Source: an uncultured Gemmatimonadales bacterium (GTDB taxonomy: Bacteria; Gemmatimonadota; Gemmatimonadetes; Gemmatimonadales; GWC2-71-9). From it: a DNA stretch of 64,000 bases. The notes below the pieces were generated by a model. That model had not been told where the DNA came from. It was given only the letters and a program-made list of their open reading frames with translations, and did no database searches. The position numbers were made by a program, and so were the translations under genes. Location of the stretch: assembly GCA_963779755.1 (NCBI GenBank), contig CAVZZO010000003.1, forward strand, positions 224,001 to 288,000, written 5' to 3'. Shown here piece by piece: positions 18,742 to 27,709 of the stretch (position 1 is its first letter; each line of letters opens with the position of its first letter).

Positions 18742-20093
18742 GCCACCAGCTCGTGACCCACCCGGGTGATGTCGCCCGCGCCCAGGGTCAGGACCACGTC
18801 GCCCGGCCGGATCAGCTCCCGCACCCGGCTCAGCACCCGCGCGCGATCGGCCTCGAATTCCCCCCGGCCACCCGCCGCCCGGACGGCATCGGCCACCCGC
18901 CGGCCGCTGACGCCCGGCACCGGCGCTTCGCGCGCGCCGTAGATCTCGGTCACCAGCGCCAGATCGGCCGCGGCGAGCGCCTGCCCCATGGCCTCGCCCT
19001 GCGCCGCTGTGCGCGAGTACAGGTGGGGCTGAAAGACCGCCACCAGCCGCCGGTCGGGATAGGCCTGCCGCGCCGCCTCCAGCGTGGCCCGCAACTCGGA
19101 GGGGTGATGGGCATAGTCGTCCACGACCATCACTCCCTGCACTTCGCCCAGCCGCTCGAACCGGCGCCCCAACCCCTGGTACTCGGCCAACGCCGCCGCC
19201 GCCCGGCCCAGATCGCCCTCGCAAGCGGCCACCACGCCGAGCGCCGCCGTGGCGTTGCGCAGGTTGTGCAGGCCCGGCACCGCGAGCCGGAGCCGGAGCG
19301 TGCGGCCGTCGGGAAAGCGCAGCTCGGCCTCCGAGCCATGGCGATCCTGGCGTACCGGGCGCAAGACCAGGTCGGCATCGTGCTCGCCGAAATACCACGG
19401 CCGGGTCGATAGCCGGCCTCCCACTCTGCGTGCGCCCGCATCGTCGGCGCCCAGCAGGGCGCGGTCGGCCCGCCCGGCGAATTCGACGAAGGCATCTTCC
19501 AGCGCCTCGACCGATCCGTAACACTCCAGGTGATCGGCTTCGACGTTGTTCACCACCGCGACCGCGGGCGACAACGTGAGGAACGCCTGGTCATATTCAT
19601 CGGCTTCGACCACGAAGAGCCGGTCGCTGCCCGGGCGCGCGTTGCCGCCCCAGTCCTGCACCCGCCCACCGGCGAGCCCGGTCGGATCCAGCCCCGCCGC
19701 ATCCAGCGCCAGGGTGGTCATGACCGTGGTCGTGGACTTGCCATGGGTGCCGGCGATGCCCACGACCGTCCGCCCGGCCACCAGCTGCGCCAGCGCCTGC
19801 TTGCGCGGTATCACCGGGACGCCGGCCGCGCGGGCCGCCTGCAGTTCGGGATGATCGGACGGCACTGCCGCCGTCACTACCAGCGCGCGCGCACCGCCCA
19901 CGTGCCGGGCGTCGTGCCCTCGCGCCACCGAAACACCCAGGGCGGCAAGGTCGTCGGCGCCACCCGGCTCGAGGTCGCATCCGGTGACCGCCACCCCCCG
20001 GCGACACGCCAGAAGCGCCAGCGAGCTCATGCCGGCACCGCCGATGCCCATGAAATGGATCGGCTTGGATTCCGAGGGGTCGAAGAGGTCCAT
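18723..20093 (-). CDS. murC: UDP-N-acetylmuramate--L-alanine ligase
   Basis: HFMGIGGAGMS, GTHGKSTT, EADEYD, DDYAHHP.E, FQPHLYSRT. Confidence 0.97.
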   Translation of the reverse strand: MDLFDPSESKPIHFMGIGGAGMSSLALLACRRGVAVTGCDLEPGGADDLAALGVSVARGHDARHVGGARALVVTAAVPSDHPELQAARAAGVPVIPRKQALAQLVAGRTVVGIAGTHGKSTTTVMTTLALDAAGLDPTGLAGGRVQDWGGNARPGSDRLFVVEADEYDQAFLTLSPAVAVVNNVEADHLECYGSVEALEDAFVEFAGRADRALLGADDAGARRVGGRLSTRPWYFGEHDADLVLRPVRQDRHGSEAELRFPDGRTLRLRLAVPGLHNLRNATAALGVVAACEGDLGRAAAALAEYQGLGRRFERLGEVQGVMVVDDYAHHPSELRATLEAARQAYPDRRLVAVFQPHLYSRTAAQGEAMGQALAAADLALVTEIYGAREAPVPGVSGRRVADAVRAAGGRGEFEADRARVLSRVRELIRPGDVVLTLGAGDITRVGHELVAWLRAA

Positions 20094-20104
20094 CTGGGTG
20101 GGCT

Positions 20105-20113
20105 AATTTAGCA
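20105..20113 (-). promoter_or_regulatory. Candidate internal extended -10 promoter upstream of murC
   Basis: TGcTAAATT 11 nt upstream of the murC ATG, in an AT-rich intergenic gap. Confidence 0.45.
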
Positions 20114-20144
20114 CCACTTTTGAAGTTGCGAAAGACGGTGAGAG

Positions 20145-21260
20145 TCAGCGCAGCGTCAAAAGATGCGACACTATTTGCCGGGCCGCGTCGGGGTGACCCC
20201 GCGAGCGCGCTCGCTCTGCCATGGCCTGGCGGCCGCCGGGATCGGCCAGCAGCCGGCCCAGCTCGGTGCCCAGCCGCACCGGCGAAAGCTCGGACTGCGG
20301 CAGTAGCACCGCGGCGCCGACCTCGGCCAGGGCACGCGCGTTGTGCGTCTGGTGGTCGGCAGCGGCGCTGGGCAGCGGAATGAGGATGCCCGGAAGACCC
20401 CAGGCGCACAGCTCGGCCAGCGTCATGGCGCCCGCCCGTCCCACGATGAGGTCCGCCACGGCGTAAGCGTCGGCGATAGGATCGAGAAATTCACACACCT
20501 GCACCGCCGGCGGCCGGTGGTAGCGGGCGAACAGTGGATAGGTGGCGCGGCCCGCCGCCCAGAGCAGCACGACGCCGTCGCCTCCCCCGGCATCCAGCCA
20601 GCCCGCCACGGCCTGGTTGATCGCCTGGCTACCCTGGCTGCCACCGGTCACCACCACTACCGGGGCGCCCGGTGGAATGCCGTAGCCTGCCAGCGCGGTG
20701 GTCCGGCGGGCCGGATCGGGAGGGACAATCGGGTTCCCGGTGTCCAGCACCTCAGTCGCGCGGCCCGGCCGGATACGGGTGCGCGCCTCCGGCAGCCCCA
20801 GATAGACCTGGCGCACCCGGCCGGACAGCCGGCGGGTGACGATCCCGGGATACGCGTTCTGCTCCTGAATGGCGCTGGGAATACCGCGCCGGGCAGCCAG
20901 CCAGACCACCGGACCGGCGGCGTAGCCACCCGTCCCGGCCACCACCAAGGGACGTTCCTGCGCCAGAACGCGGCGTGCAGCCAGGAGGAGCCGGGGCCCT
21001 GCCCTCAGCCAGCGCAGGTTCTTCCACCATTGCCGGCGGTAGATCGGCTCGGCGGGCAGGAGGTGATAGCGGAAATCGCGGGTGGGCAGAATTCGCGACT
21101 CAACGCCCCGCTCCGCCCCGACCAGCACCGGCTCGATTTCGGGATGCGAGCGGCGAATCTCCTCGGCGATCGCGAGCGCGGGCATGAGGTGGCCGCCGGT
21201 CCCGCCTCCGGCGATGAGCACGGTCGGCCGGCGTGGGGGCGCGGCGCCATCGCGTTCCAT
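20145..21260 (-). CDS. murG: MurG glycosyltransferase
   Basis: GGGTGGH, GGY, EQN..PG, TGNP, GGSQG, RAGA.T.AE, HQ..NA. Confidence 0.97.
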   Translation of the reverse strand: MERDGAAPPRRPTVLIAGGGTGGHLMPALAIAEEIRRSHPEIEPVLVGAERGVESRILPTRDFRYHLLPAEPIYRRQWWKNLRWLRAGPRLLLAARRVLAQERPLVVAGTGGYAAGPVVWLAARRGIPSAIQEQNAYPGIVTRRLSGRVRQVYLGLPEARTRIRPGRATEVLDTGNPIVPPDPARRTTALAGYGIPPGAPVVVVTGGSQGSQAINQAVAGWLDAGGGDGVVLLWAAGRATYPLFARYHRPPAVQVCEFLDPIADAYAVADLIVGRAGAMTLAELCAWGLPGILIPLPSAAADHQTHNARALAEVGAAVLLPQSELSPVRLGTELGRLLADPGGRQAMAERARSRGHPDAARQIVSHLLTLR

Positions 21261-21293
21261 CCTACCGTCCTGCCGTCCTGCCGTCCTGCCGTC
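21261..21293. repeat. Octamer tandem repeat (CCTGCCGT x4, one unit imperfect) spanning the ftsW stop
   Basis: cctaccgt cctgccgt cctgccgt cctgccgt; encodes the RQDGRTAGR tail of FtsW. Confidence 0.7.
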
Positions 21294-22428
21294 GTTTCGC
21301 CGGGCTCGGTTTCCCCCGCTGCCGCCCGATATTCATCAGAATCCCCGTGGCGCACATCGAAATGATCAGGCTGGACCGGCCGTGCGACATGAACGGGAGC
21401 GACAGCCCGGTGGTCGGCATGAGGCCGAGGTTGACCGCGAAGTGGAGCATGGCGGTGACCCCGATGGCCGCGGTCAGGCCCACGGCCAGGTACTGCCCGA
21501 AACTGTCCGAGGCCGTCCGCGCGATACGGAACCCCAGCCAGCAGAAAGTCACGAAGAGCGCGATCACCACCAGCGCCCCGAGGAAGCCCCATTCCTCGCC
21601 GATGGTGCTGAACAGGAAGTCCGAATACGCATAGGGCAGGTACCCCAGCTTCTGCTGCCCCTGACCAAACCCGACCCCCAGCAGCCTGCCCGACCCGAAG
21701 CCGATAATGGACTGTTGCAGCTGGTAGCCCGCGGGGGAGTTGGAAACCGAAGGATCGAGAAAGGCGGTGAGGCGCCGGATCCGGTATTCGACATCGTGAA
21801 TGCGGTTGGCGATGATGAGCACCGCCGCCAGGCCGATGAGCAGGAAGTGGCCGATCTTCGCGCCGGCGGTGAACAGCACCAGGCATCCCAGCAGGGCGAT
21901 GAGCGTCGCCATCGAGAGGTTCGGCTCCAGCAGGATGAGCCCGGCCACAAATCCGATGACCAGCAGGAACGGCAGCACACCCTTCTTGAATTCGCGCACC
22001 TGCTCGCCCTTCTTCGCCGCCAGCATGGCGCACCAGATCACGATGGTGAGCCGGGCGGCCTCGGAGGGTTGGATGCTCAGCGGCCCCAGGCGTACCCAGC
22101 GGCGGGCCCCGTTCAGCGTGGGCGCGATGCTGTGGGTGAAGGGCAGCAGCGGAATGATCAGCAGGACGATGGTCCCCAGCAGCAGAGGCCAGGCCAGCGG
22201 CCGCCATATCCGATAGTCGATCCGGGACAGCACGATGAACCCGAGGCCCCCGATCAGGGCGCCGCTGATCTGGTCGAAGGCAAAGCGCGACCCGCTGGGC
22301 AGCAGGCTCGCGGCCCCCCAGGACGAGGCGATGCCGAAGACGATCAGGGTCGCGGTGACGACAGCCAGAAGGCGGGTTTCCCAGCGCAGTTCGCCGGGGT
22401 GCCGGATGGAATTCACGGAAACGCTCAT
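21262..22428 (-). CDS. ftsW: SEDS family peptidoglycan polymerase FtsW
   Basis: NGARRW, IQPSE, YQL.QS, YLP...SDF.FS.IGEE.G, PTTG..LPF.S.G; dcw position. Confidence 0.95.
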   Translation of the reverse strand: MSVSVNSIRHPGELRWETRLLAVVTATLIVFGIASSWGAASLLPSGSRFAFDQISGALIGGLGFIVLSRIDYRIWRPLAWPLLLGTIVLLIIPLLPFTHSIAPTLNGARRWVRLGPLSIQPSEAARLTIVIWCAMLAAKKGEQVREFKKGVLPFLLVIGFVAGLILLEPNLSMATLIALLGCLVLFTAGAKIGHFLLIGLAAVLIIANRIHDVEYRIRRLTAFLDPSVSNSPAGYQLQQSIIGFGSGRLLGVGFGQGQQKLGYLPYAYSDFLFSTIGEEWGFLGALVVIALFVTFCWLGFRIARTASDSFGQYLAVGLTAAIGVTAMLHFAVNLGLMPTTGLSLPFMSHGRSSLIISMCATGILMNIGRQRGKPSPAKRRQDGRTAGR

Positions 22429-23774
22429 GAGCCGCCTGCCGCCGCGCGGAACTGCGCGCCGCGGTCCTCATAGTTCCGGAACATGTCGTAGCTGGAACAG
22501 GCGGGCGACAGGAGCACGGCGTCGCCCGGATGCGCGAGCCGCCGCGCCAGCGCCACCACGTCGGCGAAGCTCCCCGCCCGGTGCACCGGGACCAGATCGC
22601 GCAGATCGCGCTCGACCAGGTCGCCGGCCTCGCCATAGGCCACTATCGCCCGGCAGCGGCCGCCCATGGCCGCGGCCAGCCGGGTGTAGGGCTCGCCCTT
22701 GTGCCGCCCTCCCAGCAGCAGCACGAAGGGGCGTTCCAGCGCGGCCACGGCGACTTCGGTCGAAGCGACGTTGGTGGCCTTGGAATCGTTGATCCACAGC
22801 ACCCCGTCCACTTCGCCCACCGGCTCCAGCCGGTGCGGCAGCGCCTGGAAACTGCCGAGCGCCCGGGCGATCGCTTCCCGGCCCGCGCCGGCCGCCGCCG
22901 CCGCCAGGGCGGCAGCCAGCGCATTGGCCACGTTATGGTCCCCCAGCAACGCCAGGTCTCTCCGCGGGAGGAGATCGGTGCCGTCCAGTATCAGGACGCG
23001 CCGGTCGCGGTCGTACCAGCCGTCGGCCGGCCGGCGCACGGAAAACCGGCGGTGCCGCCCCGCCACATTTGCCGCCATGGCCTGTACGCCCGGATCGTCC
23101 GCATTGGTCACCCAGACCGAATCGGCCGTCGCATGCAGAAAGAGCCGCGATTTGTCGGCGTAGTAGGCCTGGAGGTCGGGATAGCGGTCCAGATGGTCCG
23201 GCGCCAGGTTGGTGAGGACTCCCACGGCGGGCGCGAAGATCAGGCTGTCGTGCAGCTGGAAGGAGGACACCTCCACCGCGAGCCAGTCATACGGCGGATC
23301 GGCCAGCGCCGCCTCGCAGACCGGGGTACCGATATTGCCGGCCGCCGTTGCCCGCCAGCCGGCGCCGGCGAGCAGGTGGGCGGTGAGCGCCGTGGTGGTG
23401 GTCTTCCCGTTGGTGCCGGTAAGCCCGATGCACCGGGTCGCCTGCAGCTGCTCGAAGCCGAGGTCCACCTCGGATCGCACCGGCACCCCCGCCTCCCGCG
23501 CGGCCGCGGCGGGGGGGGCATCGGGCGGGATCCCGGGAGACAGAATGAGGGCGGCCGAGCGAGCGATGCGCGCCAGATCGTGCCGGCCGGTCTCCACCTC
23601 CGCCCCCTCCTTCCGCAACGCCGCCGCGGAGGCCTCCAACTCGGGACCGCTCCCCGCATCGGAGGCGTAGACCGGAATACCCGCCCGCCGCAACAGCCGG
23701 GCTGCCGCCGTGCCGCTGCGGCCCAGCCCTGCCACGCTGACCTCCCGCCCGCCGCGGCGCCACTCGTCGATCAT
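22425..23774 (-). CDS. murD: UDP-MurNAc-L-Ala--D-Glu ligase
   Basis: GTNGKTTT, EVSSFQL, DHLDRY, NDSKATN, LLSPACSSYD.F.NYE.RG. Confidence 0.97.
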   Translation of the reverse strand: MIDEWRRGGREVSVAGLGRSGTAAARLLRRAGIPVYASDAGSGPELEASAAALRKEGAEVETGRHDLARIARSAALILSPGIPPDAPPAAAAREAGVPVRSEVDLGFEQLQATRCIGLTGTNGKTTTTALTAHLLAGAGWRATAAGNIGTPVCEAALADPPYDWLAVEVSSFQLHDSLIFAPAVGVLTNLAPDHLDRYPDLQAYYADKSRLFLHATADSVWVTNADDPGVQAMAANVAGRHRRFSVRRPADGWYDRDRRVLILDGTDLLPRRDLALLGDHNVANALAAALAAAAAGAGREAIARALGSFQALPHRLEPVGEVDGVLWINDSKATNVASTEVAVAALERPFVLLLGGRHKGEPYTRLAAAMGGRCRAIVAYGEAGDLVERDLRDLVPVHRAGSFADVVALARRLAHPGDAVLLSPACSSYDMFRNYEDRGAQFRAAAGGS

Positions 23775-24898
23775 CGCAGCTTCAGCGTGGCGAACGCGAT
23801 CAGGGCGCAGAGGATGCCCAGGATATAGAAGCGGGTGACTACCGTGGACTCAGCCCACCCCAGCTTCTCGAAATGATGGTGCAGCGGTGCCATACGGAAG
23901 ACGCGGTGGGCGTCGGCGTACTCCCGGCCGCGGGTGCGTTTGAACCAGCGGTATACGCCCGTCTGCAGCAGCACCGAGATCGCTTCGGCCACGAACACGC
24001 CGCCGATCAGGACCAGCAGGAATTCGGCCTTCAGCAGGATGGCCACGGTGCCCAATCCCCCGCCGATGGCCAGGCTGCCGGTGTCGCCCATGAATACCTG
24101 GGCCGGATGGGCGTTGAACCAGAGAAACCCGAGTGTGGCGCCCATGAGCGCGGTGCAGAAGATGGCCAGCTCTCCGGCCCCCGGCAGATAGAACAGGTAG
24201 AGGTAGGAGGTGGCGTCCACCCGCCCCAGCACATAGGCGAAGAAGGCAAACGCCGCCGCGGCGATCGAGGTCAGGCCGGTAGCCAGGCCATCCAGCCCGT
24301 CGGTGAGATTCACCGCGTTGGTGCTGCCGGTGATCACCACCGTCACGAACACCACGTACAGCCAAGGCGCGAAGTTGACCACCAGGTACTTGAAGAACGG
24401 CAGCGTAGTGGCCGTTTCCGGGATCTGGTCCGGTGCCACCACCGGCTGGAAATAGAGCACCAGACCCAGCACGATACCGAAGCTGATCTGCCCCACCAGC
24501 TTCCACTTGGCCACCAGTCCGCGCGACTTCCCCTGGACGATTTTCAGGTAGTCATCCAGGAACCCGATGCAGCCCATCCAGAGAGTGGCCAGCAGCGCCA
24601 CCAGCACGAACCGGTTGTTCAACTGGGCCCAGAGCAGCGTCGGCACCACGGTGGCCAGCAGAATGATGACCCCGCCCATGGTGGGCGTGCCTCGCTTGCC
24701 CTGGTGGCTGGCCGGCCCTTCGGCCCGGATGACCTGCCCCACCTTGTGGCGCCGCAACACCCGGATGATCCACGGCCCTATGAAGAATGCCAGCATCAGC
24801 GCCGTGACCGTCGCGCCCGCGGCCCGGAAGCTGATGTAGTTGAAAAGATTGAAGAAGATCCAGTGCTTACCGAGGGGTGCGAGCAGATGGTAGAGCAT
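23771..24898 (-). CDS. mraY: Phospho-MurNAc-pentapeptide transferase
   Basis: GTPTMGG, GFLDDY, NAVNLTDGLDGL, FMGDTGS, MAPLHHHFE. Confidence 0.98.
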   Translation of the reverse strand: MLYHLLAPLGKHWIFFNLFNYISFRAAGATVTALMLAFFIGPWIIRVLRRHKVGQVIRAEGPASHQGKRGTPTMGGVIILLATVVPTLLWAQLNNRFVLVALLATLWMGCIGFLDDYLKIVQGKSRGLVAKWKLVGQISFGIVLGLVLYFQPVVAPDQIPETATTLPFFKYLVVNFAPWLYVVFVTVVITGSTNAVNLTDGLDGLATGLTSIAAAAFAFFAYVLGRVDATSYLYLFYLPGAGELAIFCTALMGATLGFLWFNAHPAQVFMGDTGSLAIGGGLGTVAILLKAEFLLVLIGGVFVAEAISVLLQTGVYRWFKRTRGREYADAHRVFRMAPLHHHFEKLGWAESTVVTRFYILGILCALIAFATLKLR

Positions 24899-24904
24899 CG
24901 CGCC

Positions 24905-26257
24905 TCAGGATGCGGAGTCGGCCGGAGTGACGAGATACTCCAAGATACGCTCCAGCGCCACGCCCCGCGATGCCTTGAGCACCACCAGTTCGTCGCCGGC
25001 AAGCCGCGGGGCGAGCGCGCGGCCCAGTGCGGGCACATCCGGTGCGGTGAGCAGGCGGTCGCCCAGCGCCGGCCGGGCGTCCTCCAGGGGCTCCACGAAC
25101 TCGCCGGTGGCCGCCAGCAGCTCCGGTTCGAGAGCGACCAGCTCGCGCGCCACCTCGGCGTGCAGCCGGGACGAATCGGCGCCCAGCTCGCGCATGGTGC
25201 CGGCCACAAAAACCAGCCGCCGCCCCGCGCGCATGGCCTGGGCCGTCCGCAGGACGGCCCGGAACGACTGCGGGTTGGCGTTGTAGCAGTCGTCCAGGAT
25301 GGTCAGGCCGCGCAGCGTCTTGAGCTGGCCCCTGCCGCCCGGCAGCACCAGCGACTCCAAAGCGCGGGCGCACGCGCCTCGATCGAGGCGGAGTTGGCGC
25401 GCCAGGGCCCAGGCCAGCATGGCGTTGGCGACCTGGTGCTCACCCCTGACCGGCAGCCGGAAGGACTCGCCGTCGATCCGGACCTCGGCCTGACCCAGCG
25501 GATCGATCCGCCAGCCGTCCGGAACGACGTCCGCGTCGCGCAACCCGGCGGTGATCACCCGGCCCGCCTCCACCCGGGCGCGGCGGGCCAGCTCGGGCGG
25601 GTCGGTGCCCACAATGGCGAGCGGTACGTCCCGGGCCAGACCCAGCTTCTCCCCCAGGATGGCCTCGAGCGAGCCGAACCCCTCCAGATGGCTGGCGGCG
25701 ACGGTCGTGATGATCGCAACCGTGGGCTCGATAATGTCCCGCGCCGTGGGAATCTCTCCCAGCTCGCTGGCCCCGGCTTCGATCACCAGGGCTTCGGTTC
25801 CGGCGGGCGCGGCCAGGATGGTCTGCGGAATGCCGACCAGGTTGTTCAGGTTGGCGCGGGTGGCGTGGGTGGCGAAGCGGGTCCGCAGCACCGCCGCCGC
25901 CATTTCCTTGGTACTGGTCTTCCCGTTGCTGCCGGTGACGGCGACGACCGGCCCGGTTATCTGCCGGCGGCGCGCGCGCCCCATCCGCCCGTAGGCGGCC
26001 AGAGGATCGTCCACCTCGATCAACTCGAGCCCGGCAACCGGCGCGGTGCCGCGCCGTACCACCGCAGCGCGGGCGCCGGCGTCGCGTGCCGGCACCAGAA
26101 AGTCGTGTCCGTCGAAGCTGGGTCCGGACAGTGCCACGAACAGCGCACCGGGCATCAGGTGACGGCTGTCGGTCGAGATTTCACTGAAGGCGCCTGCCCC
26201 ACCGGCGCCCCGCCGGGTCTCCAGGGCGGAGCGTACCCAGCCTTCAGGCCAGCTCAT
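24905..26257 (-). CDS. murF: UDP-MurNAc-tripeptide--D-Ala-D-Ala ligase
   Basis: DSR..PG.LFVAL.G..FDGH, TGSNGKTSTK, NN.VG.P, DDCYNANP.S, LKASRG. Confidence 0.96.
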   Translation of the reverse strand: MSWPEGWVRSALETRRGAGGAGAFSEISTDSRHLMPGALFVALSGPSFDGHDFLVPARDAGARAAVVRRGTAPVAGLELIEVDDPLAAYGRMGRARRRQITGPVVAVTGSNGKTSTKEMAAAVLRTRFATHATRANLNNLVGIPQTILAAPAGTEALVIEAGASELGEIPTARDIIEPTVAIITTVAASHLEGFGSLEAILGEKLGLARDVPLAIVGTDPPELARRARVEAGRVITAGLRDADVVPDGWRIDPLGQAEVRIDGESFRLPVRGEHQVANAMLAWALARQLRLDRGACARALESLVLPGGRGQLKTLRGLTILDDCYNANPQSFRAVLRTAQAMRAGRRLVFVAGTMRELGADSSRLHAEVARELVALEPELLAATGEFVEPLEDARPALGDRLLTAPDVPALGRALAPRLAGDELVVLKASRGVALERILEYLVTPADSAS

Positions 26258-27705
26258 CGGGAATCCACCCAGTTCCGGACGATGGCGCGCTCGTCGAAGG
26301 GGATCTTCTCCCGGCCCATGATCTGGTAGGTCTCGTGCCCCTTCCCCGCCAGCAGGATGGTGTCCTCCGGCTTCGCTTCGGCCAGCAGCCGCTCAATGGC
26401 TTCCCGGCGATCGTCGATCCGCCAGTAAGGGCGGCCCCCCATGCCCCGGATGATGTCGTCCATGATCTGGTCGAGCGATTCGGTCCGGGGATTGTCGGTC
26501 GTCAGGACTACCAGATCGGTCATCTCCACCGCGATCCTGCCCCGCTCCGGCCGGCTGGTGCGGTCGCGGTCGCCACCGCCGCCGAAGAGCAGCATGAGGC
26601 GGCCGCGGGTGACCGCACGGAGGGCGCCCAGAGCGCGGACGAACCCATCCGGGGTATGGGCGTAGTCGCGCAGCACCGCGCAGGGCGTGTCGGCCAGCAG
26701 TTCCATCCTGCCGGGAACTTGAGGCACCGAGCCCAGCCGCTCCGACACCCGCCCGGCGGGCTCGCCCAGGGCGAGCACTGCGGCCGCCGCCCCCAGCGCG
26801 TTGGCCACGTTGTAGTCGCCCAGCAGCGGGAAGCGCACCTCGGCGCCCCCCCAGGGCGAGACCAGCCGGAAGCGGCTGCCGGTGCTGGTGAGCACCAGGC
26901 CTTCGGGATACACGTCGGCCTCCGGCGTCAGCCCGAAGCGCACCCGGGACTTCCGCGGTGGCAGTCGGCGCCAGGCGGGGTCGTCCGCGTTCACCACCTG
27001 CACCCCGTCGAGCCCCAGCAGGGCATCCAGCCGGAGCTTGGCGGCCAGGTAGTGCTCCAGCGTGTGGTGATAATCCAGGTGCTCGTGTGTCAGATTGGTG
27101 AAGACGCCGGCGGCAAAGGTGAGATCGTCCAGCCGGCCCTGATCGAGCGCGTGGGAGGAAGTTTCCATCGCCACGTGCGTCGCCCCGCGCTGCCGCAGGG
27201 CAGCCAGCGTGGCCTGGAGGTCGACCGGCCCCGGCGTAGTGAGCGACCCGGCGGTGGACGGCACCCGCTCGCCCGCCCCGTCGTATGCCCCGAGCGTCCC
27301 GATGCTGCCGGCACACCCCTGGTGGTTCAGCAGGTGGCGGATGATGCTCACCGTGGTGGTCTTGCCGTTGGTGCCCGTGACGCCCACCAGGGTCAGGTGG
27401 TCGGCCGGCGCATCGTACCAGGTCCGGGCCGCGATACCCGCCGCCCGGCGGCCGCTTCGCACCACGGCCTGCGGCAGGTCTCCCGGCTGCGGCTCCTCCA
27501 CCAGCGCCGCGGCGGCGCCGCGGGCCGCCGCATCGGCCAGGTAGCGGTGGCCGTCGGCCTGGGTGCCGCGCACCGCCACGTAGAGCATGCCCGGTTCGAT
27601 CCGCCGGCTGTCGTCGCTCACGCCGCTGAGCCGGGGATTGGCCTCCGGCGCTCGTACCAGCTGGTCCCGGCGCTGCAGGGCCGCTACGATCTCGGAAAGG
27701 TGCAT
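26254..27705 (-). CDS. murE: UDP-MurNAc-dipeptide--meso-DAP ligase
   Basis: ATG 27705; GTNGKTT, LTTP, METSSH, DYAHTPD, DNPR (meso-DAP specificity motif), AGKGHE. Confidence 0.96.
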   Translation of the reverse strand: MHLSEIVAALQRRDQLVRAPEANPRLSGVSDDSRRIEPGMLYVAVRGTQADGHRYLADAAARGAAAALVEEPQPGDLPQAVVRSGRRAAGIAARTWYDAPADHLTLVGVTGTNGKTTTVSIIRHLLNHQGCAGSIGTLGAYDGAGERVPSTAGSLTTPGPVDLQATLAALRQRGATHVAMETSSHALDQGRLDDLTFAAGVFTNLTHEHLDYHHTLEHYLAAKLRLDALLGLDGVQVVNADDPAWRRLPPRKSRVRFGLTPEADVYPEGLVLTSTGSRFRLVSPWGGAEVRFPLLGDYNVANALGAAAAVLALGEPAGRVSERLGSVPQVPGRMELLADTPCAVLRDYAHTPDGFVRALGALRAVTRGRLMLLFGGGGDRDRTSRPERGRIAVEMTDLVVLTTDNPRTESLDQIMDDIIRGMGGRPYWRIDDRREAIERLLAEAKPEDTILLAGKGHETYQIMGREKIPFDERAIVRNWVDSR

Positions 27706-27709
27706 TGGC

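Noticed and set aside
21261..21293. Short tandem repeats as a CRISPR array
   Set aside because: Units are 7-8 nt with no spacers, and there are no cas genes.
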